DNA of 64,000 bases. It comes from Mobula hypostoma. Lineage: Eukaryota. Positions within the stretch are counted from its first letter, which is position 1; each line of letters opens with the position of its first letter. Both the position numbers and the translations under genes were made by a program. The stretch spans positions 95,296,001 through 95,360,000 of the forward strand of contig NC_086108.1 of assembly GCF_963921235.1 (NCBI RefSeq). The letters run 5' to 3'. The notes under the pieces are model-generated. The model ran no database searches and was not told where the DNA came from. It saw only the letters and a list, made by a program, of their open reading frames with translations. Shown piece after piece: positions 39,151-51,132 of the stretch.

Positions 39151-39424
39151 GCAAAGAGAAGAGATTCTGCAGATGCTGGAAATCCAGAGTGACACACAAA
39201 ATACTGGAAGAAATCAGCAGGCCAGGCAGCATCGATGGATCATTATAAACAGTCGACATTTCAGTTTGAAACTCTTCATCAGGACTGGAAAGGAAGGGGG
39301 AGGAAGCCAGAATAAGAAGGTTGGGGGGTTGAGAAGTGGTGCGGCTGGCAGGTGGTCAGGTGACAGGGAAGGGGAAGAAGAGGGGATGAAATGAGAAGTA
39401 GGGAGATGATTGGCAGAAAAGATT

Positions 39425-40027
39425 AAGACCATAAGATACAGGAGCAGAAGTAGGCCATTTGGCCCATTGGGTCTACTTCGTAATTCAATCATGGGCTGAT
39501 CCAATTCTTCCAGTCACCCCCACTCCCCTGCTTTCACCCCATATCCTTTGATACCCTGGCTAATCAAGAACCTATCTATCTCTGCCTTAAATAAATCCAA
39601 TAACTTGGCCTCCACAGCCACTCGTGGCAACAAATTCCACAGATTTACCACCCTCTGACTAAAGTAATTTCTCCACATCTCAGTTCTAAAAGGACATCCT
39701 TTGGTCCTGAATTCATGCCCTCTTGTCCTAGAATCCCCTACCATGGGAAATAACTTTGCCATATCTAATCTGTTCAGGCCTTTTAACATTCAGAGTGTTG
39801 CCATGAAATCCGCCCTCATTCTCCTGAACTCCAGGGAATACAGCCCAAGAGCTGCCAGGCATTCCTCATATGGTAATCCTTTCATTCCTGGAATCATTCT
39901 TGTGAATCTTCTCTGAACCCTCTCCAATGTCATTATATCATTTCTAAAATAAGGAGCCCAAAACTGCACACAATACTCCAAGAGTGGCCTCATGAGTGCC
40001 TTATAGAGCCTCAACATCATATCCCTA
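39425..40027 (-). mobile_element. CR1 3' fragment nested in an older minus-strand PLE terminus (about 39151-40120)
   Basis: LEYCVQFWAPY motif and taagaccataaga tail; purine-rich PLE sequence on both sides. Confidence 0.9.
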
Positions 40028-40135
40028 AAAGGCTCAAAAAGAAAAAAACTGATAAAAGAGAATGGGAAAGGGAAGGAGGAAGGGCACCAGAGGAAGGTGA
40101 CAGGCAAGTGGGGAGAGTATGGTTTAGCTTAGCCT

Positions 40136-40440
40136 CACACATAAAAGTTGTTGGTGAACGCAGCAGGCCAGGCAGCATCTATAGGAAAAGGTACAGTCGA
40201 CGTTTCGCACTGAGACCCTTCATCAGGACTAACTGAAAGAAGAGATAGTAAGAGATTTACCTATCTCCCCCTCCCATTTTCAAATCTCTTACTAGCTCTT
40301 CTTTCAGTTAGTACTGACGAACGGTCTCAGCCCGAAACGTCGACTATACCTTTTCCTATAGATGCTGCCTGGCCTGCTGCGTTCACCAGCAACTTTTATA
40401 TGTGTTGCTTGAAATTCCAGCATCTGCAGATTTCCTCGTG
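40136..40440. mobile_element. Palindromic non-autonomous PLE-derived element with two hammerhead motifs
   Basis: About 123-bp inverted arms (40136-40258 / 40282-40404) and 12-bp TSD ttagcttagcct (40124-40135 / 40441-40452). Confidence 0.9.
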
Positions 40441-40894
40441 TTAGCTTAGCCTTGAGCTTTTGTACTCTGACTCTTAGAAAAGGAATATCATGTTTGCTTT
40501 TAACATCCCATGGAATCCATGTTATTAGGTCAAATATATTATCAAGTTTCAGTTAATCAAATTAACAATTAAACAGTGCCAATCAGAAGCATTTTTTATT
40601 GCTCAAATGTTGACTGATTGAGATGAGTAGAATGGATTGCAGTGTATTTTCTGTTCCCTTTCTCTCTTCCCCTTCTCTCCGCTGAAGTCACTTAATAACT
40701 CCAAAAATATTAGCCATCATCTGAGAATTTGCCCAAGTGATTAAATTTGCAAATGATCATGAATAAGTTAATGGGCATGATACTCACTTGCTTGGGAATC
40801 ACAGCTAAGGCCTGTCTTCTTCACTCAGTACCCCACATGTGCACTTAGACAGGATCATTAGATGAAAAACACTGACACAATCTCTTGTTTTACT

Positions 40895-43190
40895 AGAATC
40901 ACAGAACACTACAGCACAGAAATAGACCCTTCAGCATATCTAGTCCATGCCAATCTATTTATCTGCCTAGTCACATTGGCCTACATTCCAGACTGTAGCC
41001 CTCCATAACCTCACATCATGTACCTATCCAAATTTCTCTTAAATGCTGAAATTGAATTTGTATCAACCACTTCCACTGGTAGTTTGTTCCACACTCTCAC
41101 CACCCTTCTGAGTGAAGTTGTTCCCCCTCAAGTTCTCCTTAAACACTTCACCTTTCACACTTAGCCCATGTCTTCTTGTTCCAGTCTCACCCAACCGTAA
41201 TGGAAAGTGCCTGCTTGCATTTACCTTGTGTACTTCTCATAATTTTGTATACCTCTATCAAATCTTCCCTCCTTCTCCTATGTTCAAAGGAATAAAGGCC
41301 TAATCTATTCAACCTTTTCCTACCTCAGGTTTCAAGTCCTGGCAACATGCTTGTAAATTTTCTCTGCAGTCTTTCAATCTTTTTGACATCTTTTCTTCTG
41401 ATTGACATCTTTCCTGTAGGTAGGTGACCAGAATTAAGCAGAGTACTCCAAATTAGGCCTTACCAAAGTTTTATACAACTTCAATATAACATATCAGTTC
41501 CTGTTCTCAATAACACAAAAGATCCTGCAGATGCTGGAAATCCAGAGCAACACACACAAAATGCTGGCGAAACTTGGGTCGGGCAGTATCTATGGAAATG
41601 AATAAACAGTTGATGTTTTGGGTTGAGGCCTTTCATCGTCACTGGAAAGGAAGAGGGAAGAAGCCATAATAAGAAATTGGAGGGGGTGGGGTAGGGAGAT
41701 GAAGGCAAGCTAGAAGCTAATAGGTGAAGCCAGGTGGATGGGAAATATAAAGGGATAGAGAAGAAGGAATCTGATAGGAGAGGAGAGTGGCTAATAAAAG
41801 AAAAGGAATGGGAGGGGAGATTATAGGCAGGTAAGCAGAGTGGGGATATGAAGAGGAGGTAAGGGAGAGGAGAAAAATTACAGGAAGGTGGAGAAATCAA
41901 TGCTCATGCCATTGGGTTGGAGGCTATCGGACAGATTATGAGGTGTTGCTCCTCCAGCCTAAGAGTAGCATTGTGGCAGAAGAGGGGGCCATGGACCAAC
42001 ATGTTGGAATGCGGATAGGAATTGAAATGATTGGCCACTGGGAAATTGCACTTTTTGCAAATGGAGCTGAGGTGCTGGACAAAGCGGTTCCCCAATCTTC
42101 ATTAAGTCTCAGTGATGTAAAGGAGACCACACTGGATACAGTGGATGACTCAACAGAACAGTGTGTGAAGTGCTGCTTCACCTGGAAGGACTGTTTGGGA
42201 CTCTGATTGAAGGAGGAGGTGAATGGGCAGGTGTAGTACTACAGCCACTTGCAGGAATAATTACTAGGAGACCAACCATTTCAATTCCTATCTCCATTCC
42301 CATTCTGAAATCTCAGTCTATGGCATCTTCTTCTGCCACAATGAGGCCACTCTCAGGTTAGAGGAGCAACACATCTGAGTAGACTCCCAGATGGCTTGAA
42401 CATCATGGCATGAATGTCAATTTCTCCAATTTCTGGTCATTTATTTCCCCTCTCCCTTCCCTCTTCATTTCCCTGCTGTGGCCTCTTACCTCTTCTTCTC
42501 ACTTTCCTGTCACCTTCCCTGGTGCCCCTCCTCCTCCCTTTTCTCCAATTATCCACTCTCCTATCAGATTCCTCCGTCAGACTTTTGCCTTTTCCACGTA
42601 TCACCTCCTAGCTTCTCGCTTCATCCCCCCTCCCCCACCAACCTGGCTTCACCTATCACTTTCTTGCTTGTCCTCCTCCCCCTCCTAACTTTCTTATTCT
42701 GGCTTCTTCTCACTTCTTTTCCAGTCCTGATGAAGGGTCTTGGCCAGAAACATCAATTGTTTACTCATTTCCATGGAGGCTGTCTGACCTGCTGACCAGC
42801 ATTTCCTGTACTCATTACTTTGATTTGTGAGGGCCAGTGTGCCAAACCTTTCTTTACGACCCTGTCTAGTTGTGACACCACTTTCAAGGAATTATGGATC
42901 TGCATTCCAGATCCCTCTGTCCTACTGTACTTTACTTTTCAGTGCCCTACTGCTCACTGCGTAAGTCCTACCCTGATTTTTCCTCCCAAAGTGCAACAGC
43001 TCACACTTGTCTGTATTAAATTCCATCAGCCATTTTTCATTCATCCTCCCAGTGGTCCAGATGCCACTGCAAGCTTTGATAGCCTTCCTCATTGTCCACT
43101 ATGCCTCCATTCTTGGTGTTATTCACAAATGTGATGATCCAGTTTACTACATTATCACCCAGATCATTGATATAGATGACAAACAACAAA
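40895..43190 (-). mobile_element. CR1 3' part interrupted by an inverted PLE pair
   Basis: Tail at about 40895; the CR1 sequence resumes at about 42803. Confidence 0.85.
41513..42802. mobile_element. Inverted pair of PLE 3' fragments (minus at about 41513-42240, plus at about 42270-42800)
   Basis: GIY-YIG C-terminal remnants on both strands; flanks ttcctgttctcaata / ttcctgtactcatta match at 13/15. Confidence 0.85.
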
Positions 43191-43249
43191 TTATTTTACA
43201 TTCCTTGTCACAGTACTGGGAGAAGTATGTTAATGGATTGAAAAGTGGT

Positions 43250-44590
43250 TGTCACCATGAAGGTAGGGAATATCCCTTTTTCAGGCCAGATGTATGTAAT
43301 CTGTCAGATGTCACAAGGATCAGTTCTGTCTGTTATTTATTATTTACAAACCATATTAATGACATGGAGGAGGGGGCAGAGTGCAAATGTCCAGGTTTAC
43401 TAATGGCACAAAAATAGGAGACCATGCTGCGACAAGGAAATTTGGACTCTGCAGCAGGATATCAACAACTTGAATAAATGGGCTAAATTTTAAGATGGGA
43501 TAATGTGAGGCCATTGAAGCAATCAGAGGGCTGAATTTTATCTAAGTGGAGCAAATGAGCATAGTATGGAGGGATCTAGTTTTATTTATGTATGTAGAAT
43601 GTAGGTACAAACCTACTTCATCACTTAGGTGGTACCCTTTCCATTGTTCAAGGGGCTTCCCCCATCTGACTCCCACTCCTCCATATGCCTAACATGGGGA
43701 GCCTTGTCAAATGTTTTTCAAAAATCCACATACACCACATTCACCGCTCTACCTTCACCAATTTGTTAGGTCATTTCCTTGAAGAGGTCATCAGGCTCCT
43801 GAGTCATCCTGCACCTCACAAAGCCATGTTGCCTATCCCTACTAAGATTGTGCTTCTTCAGATGTTCGTAAATTCTGTCCATAAGAATCCTCTGACAGAA
43901 GACTCAATGGTCTATAATTGCCAGGAGTACTATTGCCATTCTTGAACATCAGAATAACATTCACCATCACCCAATCTGCCGGTACTACTCCTGTGGCTAG
44001 TGAAGATGCGGATGTTATTGTCGGTGCCCCAGTATTACTCTGCATAGTAACCCACAGTATATCCTGTCCAGCACAGGGTCTTTCTATCCTAATTCTGTTC
44101 AAAAACTCCAATGCTGCCTCTTTGTCAAGGTCCCTCTCCTTGGTGAACGCAATTCACTAGGCTACTTCCTCAGATGAGAGCATCTGAGTAATGGCTGAAA
44201 ACATTTAAGATCTGTGTTTATTTGACTTTAGAAGATTAAGAAATGCTTTCATTGAAACATACAAGTTGCTAAGGGAACTTGGCAAATTAGATAAGGACAT
44301 ATTCTCATTGTTGGGTGAATCTGGAATTACTAAAAGATTAAGAGGCAATTACTTTAAATTGAAATACATCAAAATTTCTCGGAGCAGGTGGTGAATCTCT
44401 GAAATTCTCTGGTTCAGAGAGCTGGGTAGGCTATGTTACTGGAGTTAAAGAGCAGGTAGGTAAAGTTTTGAAAGTTGGGCAATTGCGGGATCTGTGAAAT
44501 TGGCATGGATAGGTAATTTGTGCCTTTGACAGATCAGCCGTGATCATATTAAGGGGCCCTGACCCAAGTCCAGTTAACTTTATGTTCCTT
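43250..44590 (+). mobile_element. Old CR1 fragments, with a minus-strand CR1 piece at about 43620-44130
   Basis: HINDMEEGAECK on +, PADWVMVNV...PGNYRPLSL on -, and a degenerate 3' end. Confidence 0.65.
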
Positions 44591-45454
44591 TGTTTTCTCT
44601 AGGGGAATTGTAGCTTTACAGATTAGTTAAAACGGGAACCTCATTGTATAAATTAGTAGTACACTAATTCTCCGAGGTCTCTCTGAAGCCCCTATTTTGT
44701 TGGTAATGTTTTTATTTTCCATTTGTCATTGATACATTGCTGCCTACATCACTGGCTCTCTACCTCTGAACTACTTGGCAGTTTTATTTAGCCAGGGTGA
44801 TGACAAGGTGTTGTCTTTGTTCTGAGATAGCTGTGTCCCATTAATGTTTGGTGTCTCTAAAGGCATAATGAAGAGCACAGAATATCGGAAATCACAATCA
44901 TATTATATCCCACAATGTTACAATTAGATAGTGCAATGTGTTGACCTATGTCATGTCAACATTGTCAGTAGCTTGTTGTGCAATACTACAGTAGTTGTTT
45001 AATGTTACAAAAGAACATTAATTCACATCTTGTCATTAGAAATTTTTTTAGTATTCAGTACAGGGTACTAACTGAGGATTATCACCCTGATTTCATGCCT
45101 ATGAAGTCACTATTTTAGAAATAAACCCTGGAACTTGAATGTATTTGTATCTTCTGTATTTTAGATGTGTTTTCCATTATCTCATTTTAATTGACATTTG
45201 CTTTATACCTCACAGCCAGTTTCTCTGGTGTTTTCCCTAAACCAACCTGACTCTTCACAGTGTGATGGTTCTGTGGGCATTTAATGCGTTCTGGTAGTTC
45301 ACTTTGCATGTGTGAATAATGATAAGCTGTCCGCCTGTGATAAATATTGTACCTGATCTTCGTCAACAAGATGCAGGAAGAAACAGTAAACATAGCCGAT
45401 TCTTCCTCTTTCCCACTGCAGGGTTTGAGATCTCAATACTGGCAAATAACTATT

Positions 45455-46100
45455 TACCAGGTGTGGCCTCCTTTACAATGGTGAGACCTGACATAAATTT
45501 GGGGACTACTTTGTCAAGTACTTCCACTCCATCCACCAAAAGTGGAATTTCCCAGTGGCCAACCATTTTAATTTCTTTCCCCATTCCCATTCAAACATGT
45601 TGATTGACGGCTTGCTCTTTTGCCATGATAAGGCTGCTCTCAGGGTGCAAGACCAGTATCTCATATTCCATCAATTAGCTTTCAACCTGATGGCATGAAC
45701 ATCAATTTCTCCTTCCAGTAATTTTTTTCCCTCTCCCTCTATTCCTCACTCTGGCCACTTGCCTCTTCTCTTCGCCTGCCTATCACCTTGTCTAGAGTGT
45801 CTCCTCCATCTCTTTCTCCTATGGTCCACTCTGCTCTCCGATGAGATTCCTTCTTCACCTGTCCTTTACTGTTCCCGCCCTCCTGGCTTTACCTATCACC
45901 TTCTAGCTCGTGCACCTTCCCCTCTCTGCACCTTTTTATTCTGATGTCTTCCCTCTTCCTTTGTAGTCCTGAAGAATGGTCTTCACCTGAAACATCAACT
46001 ATTTATTCATTTTCATAGATGCTGCCTGAACTGCTGAGTTCCTCCAGCATTTTGTGTGTGTTGCTCTGGATTTCCAGCATCTGCAGAATCTCTTGTGCTT
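45455..46100 (+). mobile_element. PLE 3' fragment
   Basis: Homologous to 48690-49340. Confidence 0.85.
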
Positions 46101-47949
46101 TATAATGGCTTCCATTTCCTAAAATTGAAAAATATCTTTGGTGGATAGATGCTGTTGGGATTATTTTAATAGCTGTTTTCTGTTCTTGTGTGGCATAAGG
46201 TCATTGATATTTTATGCGGACAGTATAGGAAGACAGCAGTGTGCAAGAACCCACCATGCGCATTAATATTGCTCAGTTGATATCCTGACTCTTACATGAG
46301 AAGGTTATTGTTGGTTTATATCCACAAGAAATCTGAGAACAAAAATTAGGCCGACACTAATGCAGAAATAAGGGAGGGCTGAACAGGTGGACACAATGTT
46401 GTGTCCCTTTCTGAGATCCCGAGTGGATGTAATCCACCCACAGGCACTATTTTGAGATTGGTGGAATAATGCAACGTGTCCTGACTGATATTTATCCTGC
46501 AATCAACATCATTATAAAGTTAATTCTAAAGCCGTTTCTAGAAGTTTGTGCTCACATATGGGATCTCACATTTCCATTCTTATAAGGACAACTTCCCTTA
46601 TAAAAATATTTTATGGCTGTAAAAATATTTTGTGTTGCTGAGGTTAGAAGAGCTGTATGATTGCAACTATTCCTTCTGTGCAAATCAGTTTACTTTTGTC
46701 AAAGTTCCTCTTCAGTTATGTATGAGCAGCTGACATTTTTTGTTGCTTCAGATGCATACATCAACAAGAAAGGAACCATTACACTTTATTCTGTATTCTC
46801 ATCCACCAGCTCAATGCACTGATGTGGTGAAATGATCTGTGTGGATGGCTATACCTTGGTACTTTTGACAATAATAAATGCATCATCATCATCATTGTGT
46901 GCCGTGTCGTATGATATAGGTGATCATGGTCTATCCATGACCATGATTGTTCTTGGCAAATTTTTCTACAGAAGTGGTTTGCCATTACCACCTTCTGGGC
47001 AGAGTCTTTACATGATGGGTGACCCCAGCCATTATCAATACCTGCAGATAAGGGAGTTGCTGTAGTAGTCTGGTGTACTGACCTTTACCTTGCTGTGGCC
47101 CAGCATCAACTCTTCGATGCCTCATCTTACTTACCCCTCAAACAGGACCCCACTAAGGAGCACCAGACCATTGGCTCCCACACCATCACTAACCTTATTA
47201 ACTGGGAATCTCCCAGCCACTGCCACCAACCTCATAGTTCCCCTACCCTGCACCCCTGGCTTCTGCCTCCTCCCCAAGATCCAGAAACCTGCTTGTCCGG
47301 GTAGACCCATTGTTTCAGCTTGTTCCTGCCCTACTGAACTCACATCTGCATACCTCGACTCTGTTTTATCCCCCCCAAGTTCAGTCCCTTCCTACCTACA
47401 TCTGTGACACTTCACATGTTTTGGATCTTTCCAATGATTTCAGGTTCCCTGACCCCCATAATCTTACTTTTACTATGGATGTCCAGTCCCTATACCCTCC
47501 ATCCTCCACCAGGAAGACCTCAAAACTCTCTGTTTCTCTCTGGACACCAGACCTAACCAGTTCCCCTCCACCACCACTCTCCTCTGCCGCAGAACATCCT
47601 TATTCTTAATAATTTCAACTTTGGCTCCTCCCACTTTCCTCAAAAGGTGTAACCATGGACACTCGCATGGGTCCCAGCTCTGAGTGCCTGTTTGTTGGCA
47701 ACATGGAACAGTATGTTCCAAGCCTACACTGGTGACCGTCCCACACTTTTCCCACATTACATCGTCAACTGCATCGGTCTGCTTCCTGTACCTGTGTGGA
47801 ACTCGTTGACTTCATCCACTTTGCCTCCAAATTTGATCCTGCCCTCAAATATACCTGGTCCATTTCTGACACCCCCCTCCCTTTTCTCAATCTCTCTGTC
47901 TCTAGAGACAGCTTATCTACTGATGTCTATTACAAACCCACAGACTCTC

Positions 47950-47989
47950 ACAGTCCTGACGAAGGGTCTCGGCCTGAAACGTCAACTGT
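47950..47989 (+). ncRNA. Minimal type I hammerhead ribozyme motif (representative copy)
   Basis: acagtc CTGACGA a gggt ctcg gcct GAAA cg TC aactgt: core boxes at 47956-47962 and 47976-47979, GUC triplet ending at 47983, and stem I with one mismatch. Confidence 0.7.
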
Positions 47990-48092
47990 ACTTCTTCCTA
48001 TAGATGCTGCCTGGCTTGCTGCGTTCCACCAGCATTTTGTGTGTGTTGCTTGAATTTCCAGCATCTGCAGATTTTCGCGTGTTTGCATTTTT
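47954..48092 (+). mobile_element. Short PLE-terminus insertion inside the PLE body
   Basis: Flanks agactctcacag (47942-47953) / agaccctcacag (48093-48104). Confidence 0.85.
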
Positions 48093-49629
48093 AGACCCTC
48101 ACAGCTACCTGGACTATTTCTCCCCCCCCCCCCCCCCCCCCGGTTACTTGCGAAAACGCCATCCCCTTCTCTCAATTTCTCCATCTCTGCTGTATCTGCT
48201 CTCAGGATGAGGCTTTTCATTCCAAACCGAAGGAGATGGCCTCCTTCAAAGAAAGGGTCTTCCCATCTTCCACTATCAATGCTGCCCTAAACTGCATCTC
48301 TTCTATTTCACGCATGTCTGCTCTTACCCCGTCCTCCTACCACTCTACCAGGGATAGGGTTTCTCTTGTCCTTACCTACTACCCCACCAGCCTCCACGTC
48401 CAGCACATAATTGTCCACAACATCCGCCACCTCCAACGGGATTCCACCACCAAGCACATCTTTCCCACCTTTCTGCTTTCCGCAGGGATTGCTCCCTACG
48501 CAACTCCCTTGTCCATTCGTCCCTCCCCACTGATCTGCCTCCTCACACTTATCCTTACAGGCAGAACAATTGCTACATCTGCCCCTATACCACCTCCTTC
48601 ACTACCTTTCAGGGCCCAAACAGTCCTTCCATGTGAGGCAACACTTCATTTATGAGTCTTTTGGAGTCATATACTGTGCCTGGTGCTCCTGGTGTGGCCT
48701 CCTGTATATCGGTGAGACCTGATGTAGATTGGGAGACTGCTTTGCTGAGTACCTACACTCAGTCCGCCAGAAAGAAGTGGGATCTCCATGAGGCCACCGA
48801 CTTTAATTCCACTTCCCATTCCCATTTCAATATGTTATTCCATGGCGTCCTCTACTGTCGTGATGAGGCCACACTCAGGTTGGAGGAACAACACCTTGTA
48901 TTCCATTTGGGTAGCCTCCAACCTGATGGCGTGAACCTTGATTTCTCGAAATTCCGATAATGCCCCCTCCCACTTTCTTCACCATTCCCCATCCCCTTTT
49001 TCCTCTCTCACCTTATCTCCTTGCCTGCCCATTACCCCTCTCTGGTGCTGCTACCGCCTTTTCTTTCTTCATGACCTTGCTCCAACCCTGTCATTCACCA
49101 ATCAACTTCCCAGTTCTTTACTTCACCCCCCCCCCAGTTCACATCACCTTGTGTTTCTCCCTCCCCTCCCCCACCTTTTTAACTCTACCTACCTTTTTCC
49201 CTCCAGTGCTGTTGAAGGGTCTCGGCCCGAAACGTCGACTGTACTTTTTCTATAGATGCTGTCTTGTCTGCTGAGTTCCTCCAGCATTTTGCGTATGTTG
49301 CTTGGATTTCTAGCACCTTCAGATTTTCTCCTGTTTGTAATTGGACTGTTCAGAGATTGTCTGCCTGGCATCAGTGGCCATGTAACCAGGACTAGTGATA
49401 TGCATCAGCTGCTCATATGAGCATCCACTTCCTGCTTCCCTGGCTTCACCTGATCCTGATCGGGGGGGCAAAGCAGGTACTACACCTTGTCTGAAGGTGA
49501 CTTGCAGGATAGCGGAGGGAAGGACCCCTAGCCTGCAAGTCACCTTCAGACAAGGTGTAGTACCTGCTTTGCCCCCTGATCTTACACCTTCTTTGGTAGA
49601 GACGCATCTCCACTATGCTATCCACAATT

Positions 49630-50190
49630 TACATTGCCCTTTCCTAATTCTCCTTGAGAAGAGGGTAGTAAGCTAATTTCTTGAGCTTCAGCCATTCCTT
49701 TTGATGACAGTATTCGCACCATATCTTTGAAGAAGGAGCCTTGGAGTTTAGATCCACCAAAGGGCAAGGATTGGTGAGGAATTTACAATTCAGAGGGGAG
49801 CATAATGGTAGTGTTCCCCTGCACCTGCTGTCCTTGTCCTTGGAAGTAGAGGTCACAGGTTTGGGAGAAACTTTCAGAGTAGCCTCTGAGAGTAACTTTT
49901 ACATAGACTATGCTGCAGCCACTGTTTGCCAGTGATCGTTAATAATTGTTTCGAGAGTCTGATGGGCTTCCAATCCAGCAGGCAGCCTTTTTGTGGATGG
50001 TTTTGTGCTGCTCGAGAGTTACTGGCACTGCACTCATCCAGTCTAGTGGAGTAGATTCCATTGTTCTTGTGTACCTTCGGAAGTGGGAAGACTTTGTTAC
50101 AGGAACTGAATCAACCATCACAGGATACCCAGTCTCTGACCTAGTCTACATTGTTGAAGCTGGGCCATTGGGTTTCTGGTCATATTTTTT
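49630..50190 (-). mobile_element. Ancient CR1/L2-group LINE fragment
   Basis: Degenerate RT C-terminal translation RTMESTPLDWMSA...IHKKAACWIG. Confidence 0.55.
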
Positions 50191-50929
50191 TAACCAATAA
50201 ATTGGCCTATAACATAAAATATCAATTGGAATTATTAAATATTTTAATCTTGAATATCTAACATTGAATTAATTCAGTAAGGGTTCATCTCTCTTGCACA
50301 ATAATTTAATGTATGTATTACTGCAATTGAGTATGTTGTGGACCCTAACTGTAAGAACTGAATGAACATTCTTGTTAATGGGCAACAATTGATACTTGAC
50401 ACAAATAATGTTGTCATGTCAGAATAGCTAACAGAATGACCCAAGTGTGGCCCTTTTGCTATCAGCAAGATGATCTGTGATTTTACTTCTCCATATGTTT
50501 GTGGAAAACTTAAAGAAGCAAAGTTGCACATTCATCTTCCTGAAGATAGGGATGTGTTTTATGTGAAATGTTGACCACAACTGCCTAACAGCCAATTCCT
50601 CATGAGGGAAATGAACAGATGTAAATTAACAACTACCTCATTCATTTTTAATAGATTGGCCAGAGAATAAAAGCCTTCTTCATTTGATCAGACTGATGTT
50701 CAGTTTGAAACAAGAATGATGGTCCATTTCTGCTTGATGTATAAATCAAATTGTACTCTTGTGCAATATCTTGTGTACCATGTGCTCCCTTGCAGAATTG
50801 CCCTTCTGAGCTGTATATCCTCACATTATCTATGTCTATAAATACAATGGTATTCAATAGGTCAGAACAGCATCCATTGTAAAAGCTCCATAGACATTGT
50901 TACCTTGGACGATAGTTCTTCTCCATTGT

Positions 50930-51132
50930 AATATACGCAAAATGCTGGTGGAATTCAGCATGTCAGGCAACATCTTTGGAGAGGATTAAACAGACAACAT
51001 TCCAGGCTGAGACCTTTCATCAGGATTGAAAAAGGGGGAAAAAGACAGAATAAGAAGGTGGGGGAAGAGAAAGGGTTACTGGCTGGAAGGTGATGGGTGA
51101 TGCCAGATGAGGGGGAAGGTAGATGAGCGGGT
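50930..51132 (-). mobile_element. PLE terminal fragment
   Basis: aaaatgctggtggaattcagca...ttcatcaggattg followed by a purine-rich tract. Confidence 0.75.

Larger units (their letters stand above)
47043..49340 (+). mobile_element. Penelope-like element, RT plus GIY-YIG, degenerate
   Basis: LLPKIQKPACPGRPIVSACSCPT, FTMDVQSLY, FDPALKYTWSIS and LRLEEQHLVFHLGSLQPDG, plus a terminal repeat. Confidence 0.95.
46880..49625 (-). mobile_element. Non-autonomous RTE-type element split by a PLE (pieces at about 46880-47042 and 49345-49625)
   Basis: (cat)n tail and agaagtggtttgccatt, resembling RTE/BovB-type 3' ends. Joining the two pieces is an inference. Confidence 0.55.

Noticed and set aside
48122..48141. 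Poly-C run as a functional G-quadruplex
   Set aside because: A homopolymer expansion within a dead PLE, with no independent support.
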